Positions 36,683 through 46,608 of a stretch of DNA of 64,000 nt are shown here, one piece after another. The translations under genes and the position numbers were made by a program. The stretch is from positions 256,001-320,000 of the forward strand of contig CAXXVS010000003.1 in assembly GCA_963674755.2 (NCBI GenBank), written 5' to 3'. Positions within the stretch are counted from its first letter, which is position 1; every line of letters begins with the position of its first letter. The notes below the pieces were generated by a model. It made no database searches and had not been told where the DNA came from. It saw only the letters and a list, made by a program, of their open reading frames with translations. This DNA comes from Desulfobacterales bacterium (GTDB lineage Bacteria; Desulfobacterota; Desulfobacteria; Desulfobacterales; UBA5852).

Positions 36683-37917
36683 TATCACGCCGAATTCACC
36701 ACCCGGTCGCCCTGGCAATTCTTACGGCGGCTTTGACCTTTTTCGCGTCCGGCTGCGTTCCGACGGTCCCCGAACGGCCGGGCGCCGCCCCCCCTGTGCT
36801 GGAACGCCTCGAACCCGGAGATCTGCCCCTGTTTGCCGATGATATGGATTACGACGGCCTGGCGGAAGCCATCGCGCAAAGCCTGCTCTATTGCAGCCGG
36901 ATACCGGACGACCGCCGCTTTCAATTCGGCCCCACCACAGTCGACAAGGGCCATATGGTCCGATCCCTGGAGCTGTTCCGCGATTTCATTGCCGGACGTC
37001 CGGACCGCGACCAGCTCAACCGGTTCGTTCGCGAGCACTATGAGGTCTACCGCTCCGTCGGACGCCCGCCGGACGACGATGTCCTCTTTACGGGCTACTT
37101 CGAACCCCTCTACCCCGGCAGCCTCACCCCCGCCCCGGGTTATACCATACCGGTCTACGGCTTACCGGAGGATCTGGTGACCGCCAACCTGGGCAATTTT
37201 GCGGATGCATTGGCCGGCAAGCGCATCGTGGGCCGCGTGAAGGACCAGCGCCTGATACCCTATTACACGCGCAAAGAGATTCAAACCGAAGGTGTTCTGC
37301 AGGGCAAGGCGCCGGTCATCGCCTGGATGCGCGATCCCGTGGATCTCTATTTCATCCAGGTTCAGGGCTCCGGTCGCATCCAGACCCCCGACGGCCGCCG
37401 GATCAGCATTCTCTATGCCGCACAAAACGGCCATGCTGCCGATCTGGTGGGGCGGCATCTCATCCGGGAAAACAAAGTGCCGGTCGAAGAAATGTCCATG
37501 GCCCGCATCCGCCGCTACTTTCAGGAGCACCCCGAAGACACTGATCGTCTCCTGCATCAGGACCCCAGCTATGTGTTTTTTCGCATCGGGGACACCGGCC
37601 CCCTCGGCAACCTGGGTGTCGAAGTGACCCCCGGGCGCAGCATCGCCACGGACCGCCGCCTGTTTCCCAACGGCGCCCTGGCCTTCATCGACACCCGCAA
37701 ACCCCTGATAACCGGCCAGCGGGAGATCGGCCAATGGGCGCCCCTGAAACGGTTCGTCCTCAATCAGGATACCGGCGGCGCCATCAAGGGGCCCGGGCGG
37801 GCCGATCTTTTTTGGGGCAGCGGGGCATATGCCGAGACCGCCGCCGGTCATTTGAAGCATCCGGGAAACCTCTACTTCCTGGTGCTCAAACCGGAGGCCG
37901 CGCCAACCCCGCCTTGA
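36679..37917 (+). CDS. mltA: Membrane-bound lytic murein transglycosylase A (lipoprotein)
   Basis: Lipobox ASGC; FTGYFEP, IQVQGSG, PSYVFF, SIATD, QDTGGAIKG..RADLFWG. Confidence 0.95.
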   Translation: MISRRIHHPVALAILTAALTFFASGCVPTVPERPGAAPPVLERLEPGDLPLFADDMDYDGLAEAIAQSLLYCSRIPDDRRFQFGPTTVDKGHMVRSLELFRDFIAGRPDRDQLNRFVREHYEVYRSVGRPPDDDVLFTGYFEPLYPGSLTPAPGYTIPVYGLPEDLVTANLGNFADALAGKRIVGRVKDQRLIPYYTRKEIQTEGVLQGKAPVIAWMRDPVDLYFIQVQGSGRIQTPDGRRISILYAAQNGHAADLVGRHLIRENKVPVEEMSMARIRRYFQEHPEDTDRLLHQDPSYVFFRIGDTGPLGNLGVEVTPGRSIATDRRLFPNGALAFIDTRKPLITGQREIGQWAPLKRFVLNQDTGGAIKGPGRADLFWGSGAYAETAAGHLKHPGNLYFLVLKPEAAPTPP

Positions 37918-38031
37918 CGGGAGGTGTGAAACAAAGTAATGATTCCTGGCTAATGCGCTTCCCCCGGAAAGCGCCTCATCATCACTACACGCCGCTGCTT
38001 TATCCGGCGGTTCGGAGCAAGGAGAACCATC

Positions 38032-38388
38032 ATGTTCGGTATCGGCATGCCGGAAATGATTCTGATACTGGCCATCGCGCTGATCGTGATCGGCCCTAAG
38101 AAACTGCCCGATCTGGCCAAGTCCCTGGGGCGGGCCATGAACGAGTTCAAGAAGGCCACCCGCGAAATAAAGGACTCCATGGATATCGACGGCGATCTCC
38201 AGGAGGTCAAAAAATCCATTGACGATCTCAACCAAGACGTCAAGGAAGCGGTCAATGTAAATCCCCTCAAATCGGCCAAAGCGGCGCCATCGGTGGAGGA
38301 GGAACCCCAAGACAAAAGCGCGTCTTCTGAAACACCTCCCGAAGCACCCTCCGCCGAGCATCCCGAGGAACCGCTACGCAATGAGTGA
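38032..38388 (+). CDS. tatB: Twin-arginine translocase subunit TatB (TatA/B family)
   Basis: [26 protein letters not shown]; overlaps the tatC start. Confidence 0.88.
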   Translation: MFGIGMPEMILILAIALIVIGPKKLPDLAKSLGRAMNEFKKATREIKDSMDIDGDLQEVKKSIDDLNQDVKEAVNVNPLKSAKAAPSVEEEPQDKSASSETPPEAPSAEHPEEPLRNE

Positions 38389-39157
38389 CGACGACAAGAT
38401 CCCGTTTACGTCTCATCTGGAAGAACTTCGCCGCCGGCTGATCGTCTGTTTTATCGCCGTGGCCATAGGTTTTGCCGTCTCCTATGGTTTCAAGGAACAG
38501 CTTTTCGAAATCCTGGCACACCCCCTGAAACTCGTCATGGCCAAAGGGGATACCCTAATCTTCACCAACCTGCCGGAAGCCTTTTTTACCTATTTAAAGG
38601 TCGCTTTTCTGACCGGTATCGGGCTGGCGTCCCCTGTCATCATCTATGAGTTCTGGATGTTCCTGGCGCCCGGGCTTTACGAAAAGGAAAAACGGCTGCT
38701 GCTGCCCATTGTGTTTCTTTCAACCCTCTTTTTCGTGGGCGGCGCCCTGTTCGGTTATTTTATCGTCTTCCCCTACGGTTTTAAATTTTTTCTCGGCTTC
38801 GCCACCGAAACCATCCGGCCCATGCCCTCCATGAAGGAGTACCTGAGCTTCGCGGCCAAACTCCTGCTGGCCTTCGGCATCGTCTTCGAACTGCCCCTGG
38901 TGATTACCTTTATGGCCCGGCTGGGCCTGGTCACCGTGCCCTTTCTCAAGCGCAACCGCAAATACGCTCTTCTTCTGTTTTTCGTGGGAGCCGCTATCTT
39001 GACCCCACCCGATGTGGTCACTCAGATCATGATGGCGCTGCCCCTCATGCTGCTTTATGAAATCAGTATCATCGGAGCCCGCATCTTCGGCCGCAAACCT
39101 TTGGCGACCTCTGACGCTGAAGACGACCAAACCGACGGGGATGGCCAGGGCGAATAA
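38381..39157 (+). CDS. tatC: Twin-arginine translocase subunit TatC
   Basis: [35 protein letters not shown]. Confidence 0.97.
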   Translation: MSDDDKIPFTSHLEELRRRLIVCFIAVAIGFAVSYGFKEQLFEILAHPLKLVMAKGDTLIFTNLPEAFFTYLKVAFLTGIGLASPVIIYEFWMFLAPGLYEKEKRLLLPIVFLSTLFFVGGALFGYFIVFPYGFKFFLGFATETIRPMPSMKEYLSFAAKLLLAFGIVFELPLVITFMARLGLVTVPFLKRNRKYALLLFFVGAAILTPPDVVTQIMMALPLMLLYEISIIGARIFGRKPLATSDAEDDQTDGDGQGE

Positions 39158-39183
39158 CAGTAAAACCACCCTGGATCCTTTTT

Positions 39184-40923
39184 ATGACGACGTCCACCCC
39201 CCTTTTGCGCCCATCGGCGGAAACCCCGGCGCTGACCTATGAGCTGCGCCTGATGACGACCCGCTCCGCCACGGGCTATTTCATGCCTGTTCCCAAAGCG
39301 GAGCCTGATTTCAAGGCGACCCTGGCCTATCTTCGGGAGCATCCCAACGATGAATTCATGCATCGCTGGGGCTTGCAGCAGGTGCTGCAGATGCCGCCGG
39401 CCCAGGTTAAGGCTTTGCTGCCGGTCGACGCCCGGGATCCCGTCTTGACGGCCTTGCTGCTGGAGGCCATCCTAACCCACGAACCGCTGGCGCCCTTGCA
39501 AAAGCAGGTGCGGGAGGAGCGACTGTACTCTCTGCGAACCGCCTCCCCCCTCCTGATTCTGCGCTCCGAAACCCTTCCCGACCAAGACCTGCATCGAAAA
39601 TGGATCGCCCTCTTCAAAGCCAATCTCTTCTACCACCAGCCGCTGCCGCCACCGCTGGAAACCGGCCTGGCGCCGCTCTTTGAAGATGCCACCTCCCGCA
39701 AGCGGATCCCCCTGACCACCATCGCCGCCCGGTCCGGACCCCGACCCCCATCTTCACCCCTCCCGGACTTTGAAACCGTCTATACCCATGCCATCGAGGG
39801 TCTGAAACGTGCCGGTATCCGTCTGGAGCAGGAAATGCGGCATGAGAGTTCGCTTAGCCCCATCGCCCTGCTGCGCCGCTGGCAGATGGAAACCCGGGTG
39901 GAACAGGACCGGCACCGATTTATTCTCAGGGGACATCAAACCGCCTATGGCAAGGGCTTGAGCCTGGAACGTGCCCGAGCCTCCTATGCGATGGAAATCG
40001 TTGAGCGCTGTTCTTCCTTCGCAACCGTTATTAATGGCACGCTCCCTGACACCGCCCAGCAGCTTCAGTTGCAGCGGTCCTCCTTGTCCCGATTGCAGCA
40101 CGAGGGCCACCCGGCCCTGGACCCCAATGCCATGGTTCTCGAAGTTCCTTATGAAGACCAGTCGATCTATTGGATCGAAGGGATCCGAAGCGCAGCCGAG
40201 GGGGGGGGCGCCGTGTGGGTACCCTTCCAGGCCGTATTTCTATTTGCCAATCTCGATGAGGTCTGCCTTTTTAGCGGGCTCGGCTCCACCGGGCTGGCCG
40301 CCGGCGTGAGTCTGGCACAAGCCAAATTCCATGCATTGCTGGAATGTATCGAGCGCGATGCCGAAGCGGTTCAACCCTACCATGCGGGACACTGTTTTCG
40401 TCTGGCCACCCGGGATGCCGCGGTGGACGGACTGCTGGCCGACTACCGTCGATGCGGCCTCGATGTCGTCTTCCAGGATTGCAGCTCGGAATTCGGAATC
40501 CCTTGCTATAAATGCTTTGTGTCAGGAACCGACGGCGAAATCGCCAAGGGCACCAGCGCGCATTTCGCCGGCTGGCAGGCCGCCCTGGCGGCCCTTACTG
40601 AAACCCCCTATCCCTATCCCCACGGCCCGGCGTCACAGCCTGGTCCGGCAGAGCTGCCGCTACGCTATTTGGAAGAATTGCCGGATTATACTTCAGGCAA
40701 TGCCGAAGACGATCTGCAGCGCATCGAGTCCATGCTGACCGCAAACCATCTCCACCCGATATATATCAATTTGACCCGGCAGGACGTCGGCATCCCGGTC
40801 GTGCGGGCCCTGGTTCCCGGTCTGGAGCTGGTGGCCGATTTCGATCGTTTCAGCCGGGTCAGTCCACGACTGTATCAACACTACCGACAAGCTTTCGATC
40901 GTCCACTCTCCCGCCGCGTCTAA
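39184..40923 (+). CDS. YcaO-like ATP-dependent amide-activating enzyme
   Basis: 'AYGKG..ARASYAMEIVER', 'STGLAAG', 'ALLECIERDA', 'AALAALTE', 'IPVVRALVPGLE'. Confidence 0.88.
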   Translation: MTTSTPLLRPSAETPALTYELRLMTTRSATGYFMPVPKAEPDFKATLAYLREHPNDEFMHRWGLQQVLQMPPAQVKALLPVDARDPVLTALLLEAILTHEPLAPLQKQVREERLYSLRTASPLLILRSETLPDQDLHRKWIALFKANLFYHQPLPPPLETGLAPLFEDATSRKRIPLTTIAARSGPRPPSSPLPDFETVYTHAIEGLKRAGIRLEQEMRHESSLSPIALLRRWQMETRVEQDRHRFILRGHQTAYGKGLSLERARASYAMEIVERCSSFATVINGTLPDTAQQLQLQRSSLSRLQHEGHPALDPNAMVLEVPYEDQSIYWIEGIRSAAEGGGAVWVPFQAVFLFANLDEVCLFSGLGSTGLAAGVSLAQAKFHALLECIERDAEAVQPYHAGHCFRLATRDAAVDGLLADYRRCGLDVVFQDCSSEFGIPCYKCFVSGTDGEIAKGTSAHFAGWQAALAALTETPYPYPHGPASQPGPAELPLRYLEELPDYTSGNAEDDLQRIESMLTANHLHPIYINLTRQDVGIPVVRALVPGLELVADFDRFSRVSPRLYQHYRQAFDRPLSRRV

Positions 40924-41035
40924 TCTGGCCGCCAGCCGATTCGGCGGCGCCCCTACTTAATGCGTTGCCTTTTCGAAAATCGTATCGTAGGTTGAACCAA
41001 CAACGACCTGATCTCCGCCGGGGAGAAGCGGATTC

Positions 41036-42763
41036 ATGAAACACGCTATCATCGACAACCGGTTCGTCATCCTAAAGGACCACCTGGAAGATTTCCTCAA
41101 GGACCTCCACGATTATATCAACGGCATGGGCGGTACATCCCTGCCGACCATTGTAAGCGATCTTCGGTCCGGGCTCAACGAGCCGTTTCTTTTCGTAGTG
41201 GTGGGAGAAGTCAAATCCGGCAAGAGCAGTTTCATTAATGCCCTGCTCGGAGAAGATATCTGCCCGGTGGATGCCGCCCCATGTACGGACGCCATCCAGG
41301 AGATCGTCTATGCCGAACGACCTTACGAAGATACGATTCGACCTTTCCTTAAAAAAATCGGTCGCCCGTTGGCCATTCTGCAGACCATCGCCATCGTCGA
41401 CACCCCCGGCACCAACACGGTAATCGAAAACCACCAGGAGATTACCCGCAACTTCATTCCCAACAGCGATCTCGTTCTCATGGTCTTCCAGGCCAAGAAC
41501 CCTTACACCCAATCAGCCTGGGACTTATTGGACTACATCCGCGAAGACTGGCGCAAACGGACAATCTTTATTCTGCAACAGGCCGACCTGGCCCGCCCGG
41601 ATGAAATCGAGACCAACATGGCCCGTGTGCGGGATCTCGCCCTTCAGAAGGGCATCGCCTCTCCCACGATCTTTGCCACATCGGCAGCCCGCGAGCTAAG
41701 CCAAACACCGGACAGCGGCTTCGAAGACGTCCGTCGGTTTATCCGCCAGACCGTCACCGGCGGCCGCCACTACCGTCTGAAGCTGGAGTCCATTCTCGAA
41801 ACTGCGGGGCAGGTTTTGGAGCAGGTGGATCAGGCCTTGTCTCAAAGACGGGAGCAGCACCTGGCAGACCAGCGCGTTGTGGACACGATCCGCACCCGGC
41901 TGGAGAGCGGACATCAACAGTCGGCCTACGAACTGCGCACCCTGATCCAACGATTGGGTGCCGCTTATGATGCCGCAGCGCGCCAAGCCGCGGAACGATT
42001 CGATGAGGGCCTTTCCTTTGCCAAGCTCTTTGGAAAATCCATCCGCGCCACGCTGAACCGCAAAACGTCTGTGAAAGCCTGGCTGGAAGACATTCAGAAA
42101 TCCTTTGAAACGGACCTCAGGGAAAAAATTGAGGCCTTGACCGAAGAGGGGGCCGATCACTTTCTGGACGGATTGCACCAGCTGCTCACCTATCTGCTGG
42201 ACGAACTGGATGAGGTTAAAGGCCACCGATTACACCAGGACGATCTGCTTTTAAAAATCGACCGGCGCCGACAGGATGTTATCGCCACAGTGCGCACCAA
42301 AATGGCCGAAACCGCCATGGAAGACCTTTTTGCGGAGAACACTCTCCGGAATTCGAATCGTCTGGCGCCTTCCCTGATGGGCGGCAGTGCCCTGACCGCC
42401 ATCGGTGCCCTGGTACTGGCGGTAACCCACGGTCTCTTTTTCGATATCACCGGTGGACTGTTGACTGGCACCGGTCTTTTGCTGGCCGGAGGCGTTCTGT
42501 TTATCAAGAAGGGGCGCCTTCTTCAGCAGTTCAAGCAAGGGCTCGAGGACGGCAAGGCGCGGTTCGAAGCCGAACTGACCGAGCGCCTGTCCCAGCGCCT
42601 CGACCTGATCTACGACGATATCGACCGCAAATTCCTGCCCCTCTACGAATACGTGTCCCAGGAGCAGCAGCGCATGGCGCCCCTTCTGGCAGGGTTGGAG
42701 GACTTCCGCCGCCGGCACCATGAATTGGCAGCCTCTGTGGGCTCTGAACTTGATATCCCCTGA
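41036..42763 (+). CDS. Bacterial dynamin-like GTPase
   Basis: G1 GEVKSGKSS, G2 PCT, G3 DTPG, long helical stalk and a Gly-rich hydrophobic paddle. Own candidate promoter TTGCCT-17-TAGGTT at 40965-40993. Confidence 0.88.
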   Translation: MKHAIIDNRFVILKDHLEDFLKDLHDYINGMGGTSLPTIVSDLRSGLNEPFLFVVVGEVKSGKSSFINALLGEDICPVDAAPCTDAIQEIVYAERPYEDTIRPFLKKIGRPLAILQTIAIVDTPGTNTVIENHQEITRNFIPNSDLVLMVFQAKNPYTQSAWDLLDYIREDWRKRTIFILQQADLARPDEIETNMARVRDLALQKGIASPTIFATSAARELSQTPDSGFEDVRRFIRQTVTGGRHYRLKLESILETAGQVLEQVDQALSQRREQHLADQRVVDTIRTRLESGHQQSAYELRTLIQRLGAAYDAAARQAAERFDEGLSFAKLFGKSIRATLNRKTSVKAWLEDIQKSFETDLREKIEALTEEGADHFLDGLHQLLTYLLDELDEVKGHRLHQDDLLLKIDRRRQDVIATVRTKMAETAMEDLFAENTLRNSNRLAPSLMGGSALTAIGALVLAVTHGLFFDITGGLLTGTGLLLAGGVLFIKKGRLLQQFKQGLEDGKARFEAELTERLSQRLDLIYDDIDRKFLPLYEYVSQEQQRMAPLLAGLEDFRRRHHELAASVGSELDIP

Positions 42764-42977
42764 CGCCGATCACGATCCGTTTTCCCCGAATCTTGTCGAC
42801 AAAAGCGAAGGGCTTTGCGTCTTACCAGTAGGAATGGACGCTAGCGGGAAAAGACGATTGGCCTTGAAGCCGCAGCAGGCTTGACTTCGCTTATTGACAC
42901 TAATCCCGAGATCTGTTAGTTAAACCAGCTTGGGGATGAGGGATGACTAACCTTTTGGAAGGAGGTATAAGGGTCCT

Positions 42978-43454
42978 ATGAAGCTCAAATCACTGTTTTT
43001 CGCGCTCGCTCTGATGGGGATCGCCTGTGTGTTCTTGGTCACAGGCCTGCAGGCCGGCACCCAGATGCCCGACGTCATCAAGATGGACAACAAGACGTTC
43101 GAACACACCAAGGGCATCGTCACGTTTGATCACAAGAAGCATGTTGCCGACTACGGCGCCAGCTGCGGCGACTGCCATCACGACGACAAGGGGCAGCCCC
43201 TGACCAATCTCAAGGAAGGCGACGACGTCCAAACCTGCATGACATGCCACAAAAAGCCCGGCGAAGTGCCCAAAGACGTTAAAAAGGAATGGCGCGCCAA
43301 AAAGCTCAAAAAAGACGAGATGAAAAAGCTTGAACTTGAATACTACGTGGAAGCGCTGCATGAAAACTGCATCAGCTGCCATAAAAAGTGGAACAAAGAG
43401 AATAAATCCAAGGCTGCTCCGACGTCCTGCAGCAAGTGCCATCCCAAGAAATAA
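42978..43454 (+). CDS. Tetrahaem cytochrome c3, periplasmic
   Basis: Signal peptide; 'VTFDHKKH'; CGDCHH, CMTCH, CISCH, CSKCH; Lys-rich; GGAGG RBS. Confidence 0.95.
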   Translation: MKLKSLFFALALMGIACVFLVTGLQAGTQMPDVIKMDNKTFEHTKGIVTFDHKKHVADYGASCGDCHHDDKGQPLTNLKEGDDVQTCMTCHKKPGEVPKDVKKEWRAKKLKKDEMKKLELEYYVEALHENCISCHKKWNKENKSKAAPTSCSKCHPKK

Positions 43455-43483
43455 GCCTCTGCCTGTTCAGGCTTAGCGGTTTC

Positions 43484-43515
43484 AAGCGGGAAAAACCCTA
43501 GCGTTTTTCCCGCTT
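43484..43515. terminator. Hairpin between the convergent cytochrome c3 and dsrN genes
   Basis: AAGCGGGAAAAAC / GTTTTTCCCGCTT, 13-bp perfect stem. Confidence 0.75.
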
Positions 43516-43516
43516 C

Positions 43517-44935
43517 TTATTTGGATGAACGGTATTGAAGGGCCTTCGCTACCAAGGCCGGCGCCCACAGGGGCGTGCCGGAGGCATGCAGGTGGGTGTA
43601 GGTGGCCAGCACGTTCTTGTGGCAAAGGCCGTCCTTTCCGTCGATCAGGCCCGTGCCGCGGGCCATGGTGTAAGCCAGATCCTCCTTGCGGCCGTGCCAT
43701 TTGAGTACACTTGAATAGTGGAATTCATGACCTTTGAGGGTCGTACCCGTCCGGAAAAAGGGGTTGGCGCCGGTCACCTCCAGAATGGTATAGCCATGTC
43801 CCTGGGGGCGCCTGGAAAAACCGAACGTCACCGGCAAGACGCCGCACATGTCGTAGGCTTTATCGTCCAGCACCAGCTGCTCCCCTAAATACATCAGTCC
43901 GCCGCACTCGGCGTAGATCGGCAGCCCGCCCTGGGCCAGCCGTTTGAGACGATCGCGAAACGTTTCGTTGCGGGCCAGCTCCTCGGCATGGGTTTCAGGG
44001 AATCCGCCGCCGATGTACATGGCGTCGGCATCCGGTGGGGTGCCGTTCTCCAGAGGACTGGTAAAGACCAGACGGGCGCCGGCCGCCGCCAGCGCTTCCA
44101 GGTTTTCAGGATAATAAAACTGAAAAGCGCTGTCCCGGATCACCGCGATGGTGGGGGGCGGCGCGTCAGAAGAAAAACCCGCTTGGGAGGCTTCCTCCGC
44201 CCCGGCTTCCCTCTCCAGTAAAAACGGTTCCGCTTCCCGGGCCGTACGCATCACCGCCTCCAAATCGATATAATCCCGGGCCACATCGGCCGCGGCTTCG
44301 ATGGAGGAACGCGCCCAGTCATGTTCAGGAGTCGGGACCAGGCCCATATGACGTTCGGGGAAGCTTTGTTTGCGCAGCTTGGGGATCGCCCCCAGGACCG
44401 GAATGCCGCAGTGCTCTTCGATACTGCGCCGCAGAATGCCTTCATGCCGGGCACCGGCGATACGGTTGAGAATCACTCCTCGAATGCGGACGGCAGGGTC
44501 GAAGTGGCTGCAGCCGGAAACCACGGCCGCCATGGTCCGCGTGGTTTTGGTCCCGTCAATGATTAGAAGGATGGGAAGACCCAGCAGCTTGGCCAATTCG
44601 GCCGTGCTGGTCTCACCACGGGTGTCGATGCAGTCGTAGATGCCGCGATTGCCTTCGATGACCGCCAGGTCGCATCCCCGGCTGTAATCGGCGTAGGTTT
44701 GCCGGATGCGCCGGGCCTCAATCAAAAAAGTGTCCAGATTATAACAGGGGCGATTTCCCGCTGCCAGCGACAGCCACCCGGCGTCGATATAGTCCGGTCC
44801 CTTTTTGAAAGGTGCGACCCGGCGGCCCATGGACGACAGGGCGGCAATCAATCCGATGGAGACGATGGTCTTGCCGGAGCCCCCCCGCAGAGCGCCCACT
44901 ACAAGGCCGGGATATGCCTGAAGCTGTTCACCCAT
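43517..44935 (-). CDS. dsrN: CbiA/CobB-like amidase, sirohaem amidase DsrN by context
   Basis: GGSGKT, FKKGPDYID, VIEG, PERHMGL, AFQFYYPEN, GGGFPE, YAECGG, GHEFHYS; directly downstream of dsrD. Confidence 0.9.
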   Translation of the reverse strand: MGEQLQAYPGLVVGALRGGSGKTIVSIGLIAALSSMGRRVAPFKKGPDYIDAGWLSLAAGNRPCYNLDTFLIEARRIRQTYADYSRGCDLAVIEGNRGIYDCIDTRGETSTAELAKLLGLPILLIIDGTKTTRTMAAVVSGCSHFDPAVRIRGVILNRIAGARHEGILRRSIEEHCGIPVLGAIPKLRKQSFPERHMGLVPTPEHDWARSSIEAAADVARDYIDLEAVMRTAREAEPFLLEREAGAEEASQAGFSSDAPPPTIAVIRDSAFQFYYPENLEALAAAGARLVFTSPLENGTPPDADAMYIGGGFPETHAEELARNETFRDRLKRLAQGGLPIYAECGGLMYLGEQLVLDDKAYDMCGVLPVTFGFSRRPQGHGYTILEVTGANPFFRTGTTLKGHEFHYSSVLKWHGRKEDLAYTMARGTGLIDGKDGLCHKNVLATYTHLHASGTPLWAPALVAKALQYRSSK

Positions 44936-45122
44936 CAAAAGGGTCCTTTTTCTTCAATCCAGCCGGGGCTTCCGAATAACGGATCGATCCAAGTACAAAG
45001 GCGAAAAATGGGGGCTTTGTGATCCTTCCCATCTTCCGCCTTGTGGGTACAAATCATCTTCTCCGATGGCACCGATCGCCACCGAAAAACGTGAGCTCAT
45101 TCTTCAACTGACAAACGGGCGG

Positions 45123-45368
45123 TTAGTCTTCGTGCTCGGCACTCGCCTGCTTGCCGGTGCCCGGCATGCCGTACATGGAAGTGCTGCCGCTGGACCAATA
45201 TTCCAGGACCCCGTCCTCCACGAGTTTGTTCACGATTTTCTTGGCCTCGCGAGGTTTCATTTCAAGGATCTTGGACAAATCGTTGAAGTAGAATTTGCTC
45301 TTCGATTTCAGCTTCTTGGTCAGCGCTTCGACGATTTTGGCTTTCGCCTCTTCATAGTCCATTGCCAT
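45123..45368 (-). CDS. dsrD: Dissimilatory sulfite reductase protein D
   Basis: KSKFYFNDL...LEYWSSGSTSMYG; 81 aa; follows dsrB. Confidence 0.97.
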   Translation of the reverse strand: MAMDYEEAKAKIVEALTKKLKSKSKFYFNDLSKILEMKPREAKKIVNKLVEDGVLEYWSSGSTSMYGMPGTGKQASAEHED

Positions 45369-45390
45369 GGTGTACCTTCTTTCATGATAT

Positions 45391-45423
45391 GCCGGAGCAG
45401 CCCCGTTGGGGTTATGCTCCGGC
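45391..45423. repeat. Intergenic stem-loop between dsrB and dsrD
   Basis: GCCGGAGCA / TGCTCCGGC stem with inner CCCC/GGGG; no U tract. Confidence 0.6.
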
Positions 45424-45450
45424 CATTAAGTAAGCATCCCTTACGTCGGC

Positions 45451-46596
45451 TTAGAACTTGAATTGGCTGGTCTGACGCCAAGTGTAGTAAGCCGGATCAC
45501 GGAAGTCGTCGATCAGGTGATGCGTGAACGGCAGTTCGCATTTATCGAAGAAACGCTCCCAGCCGATGCGCTCGGCCCATTCGCCTAGACGCTCGTATTT
45601 GTTGGCGTCTCCTGCGTAGGTCTCGATGATCTTCTTGATGACAGCGGTCATTTCCGGCCAGCGCGGGGTGTTGTTGGGCTGGAAGGCCACAACTACCTTG
45701 GAGAACTTAGGTGCGCTGATGCGGTTGGACACCTTGCCGCCCACCATCAGGACGATGCCGTCACCTTCTTTGTCGGAAAGCGGCATGGAGGGGCACATTG
45801 TATAGCAGTTGCCGCAAAACATGCAACGTTCGTTGTTCACGGCCACACTGTTCACCTTCTGGCCGTTGATTTCCATCTTGGACGGCTTGATGGCGGCGGT
45901 GGGGCAAGCCGCGATGGCCAGGGGAATTTCGCACATCTTGTCCAAATATTCATGGTCCAGCATGGGCGGTTTGCGATGGTAGCCCAGGATGGCAATGTCC
46001 GAGCAGTGCACGGCGCCGCACATGTTGAGGCAGCAGGCCATGGAGATGCGCAGGTGAGCCGGCATGCGATGATTCTGGAAGTCAGCGAAGACCTCGTCCA
46101 TGGTGGCCTTGACCGTACCGGAGGCATCCGTGGCCGGGGTGTGGCAGTGGATCCAGCCCTGGGTGTGGACGATGTTGGAGATGCCGGCACCGGTGCCGCC
46201 TACCGGGAACTTGAAGCTGCCGCCGGCAAACTTACGGCTTTCCAGATCCTGGAGCAGAGGCTCCACCTTGTCTTTGCTGTCCACCATAAACTCGATGTTG
46301 TTACGGGTGGTGAAGCGCAGGTGGCCGTCACAATATTTTTCAGCAATTTCACAGATTTCACGGATATGGGTGGTGCTCATGAGACGGGCGCCGCCGCAGC
46401 GAATCGTGTAAACCTCGTCGCCGGATTCGGCCACATGGACCAGCACGCCGGGTTTCAGATATTCATGGTACAGCCATTTGCCTTTGTTTTTGGCGATGAC
46501 CGCCGGATAAAACTCATCGTATTTGCGCGGACCGATGTCGGTGATCCGGTTTTCCATCGGTTTGTCAGGATTGTAACCTGAAGAAACGAATGCCAT
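45451..46596 (-). CDS. dsrB: Dissimilatory sulfite reductase beta subunit
   Basis: [52 protein letters not shown]. Confidence 0.99.
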   Translation of the reverse strand: MAFVSSGYNPDKPMENRITDIGPRKYDEFYPAVIAKNKGKWLYHEYLKPGVLVHVAESGDEVYTIRCGGARLMSTTHIREICEIAEKYCDGHLRFTTRNNIEFMVDSKDKVEPLLQDLESRKFAGGSFKFPVGGTGAGISNIVHTQGWIHCHTPATDASGTVKATMDEVFADFQNHRMPAHLRISMACCLNMCGAVHCSDIAILGYHRKPPMLDHEYLDKMCEIPLAIAACPTAAIKPSKMEINGQKVNSVAVNNERCMFCGNCYTMCPSMPLSDKEGDGIVLMVGGKVSNRISAPKFSKVVVAFQPNNTPRWPEMTAVIKKIIETYAGDANKYERLGEWAERIGWERFFDKCELPFTHHLIDDFRDPAYYTWRQTSQFKF

Positions 46597-46608
46597 GGTG
46601 CGTCCCCC

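Noticed and set aside
39184..42763. RiPP biosynthetic cluster around YcaO
   Set aside because: No precursor peptide, recognition element, protease or exporter nearby; the neighbours are housekeeping genes.
43517..44935. Cobalamin pathway cbiA/cobB
   Set aside because: No other cob/cbi genes are present, and the position after dsrD identifies it as dsrN.
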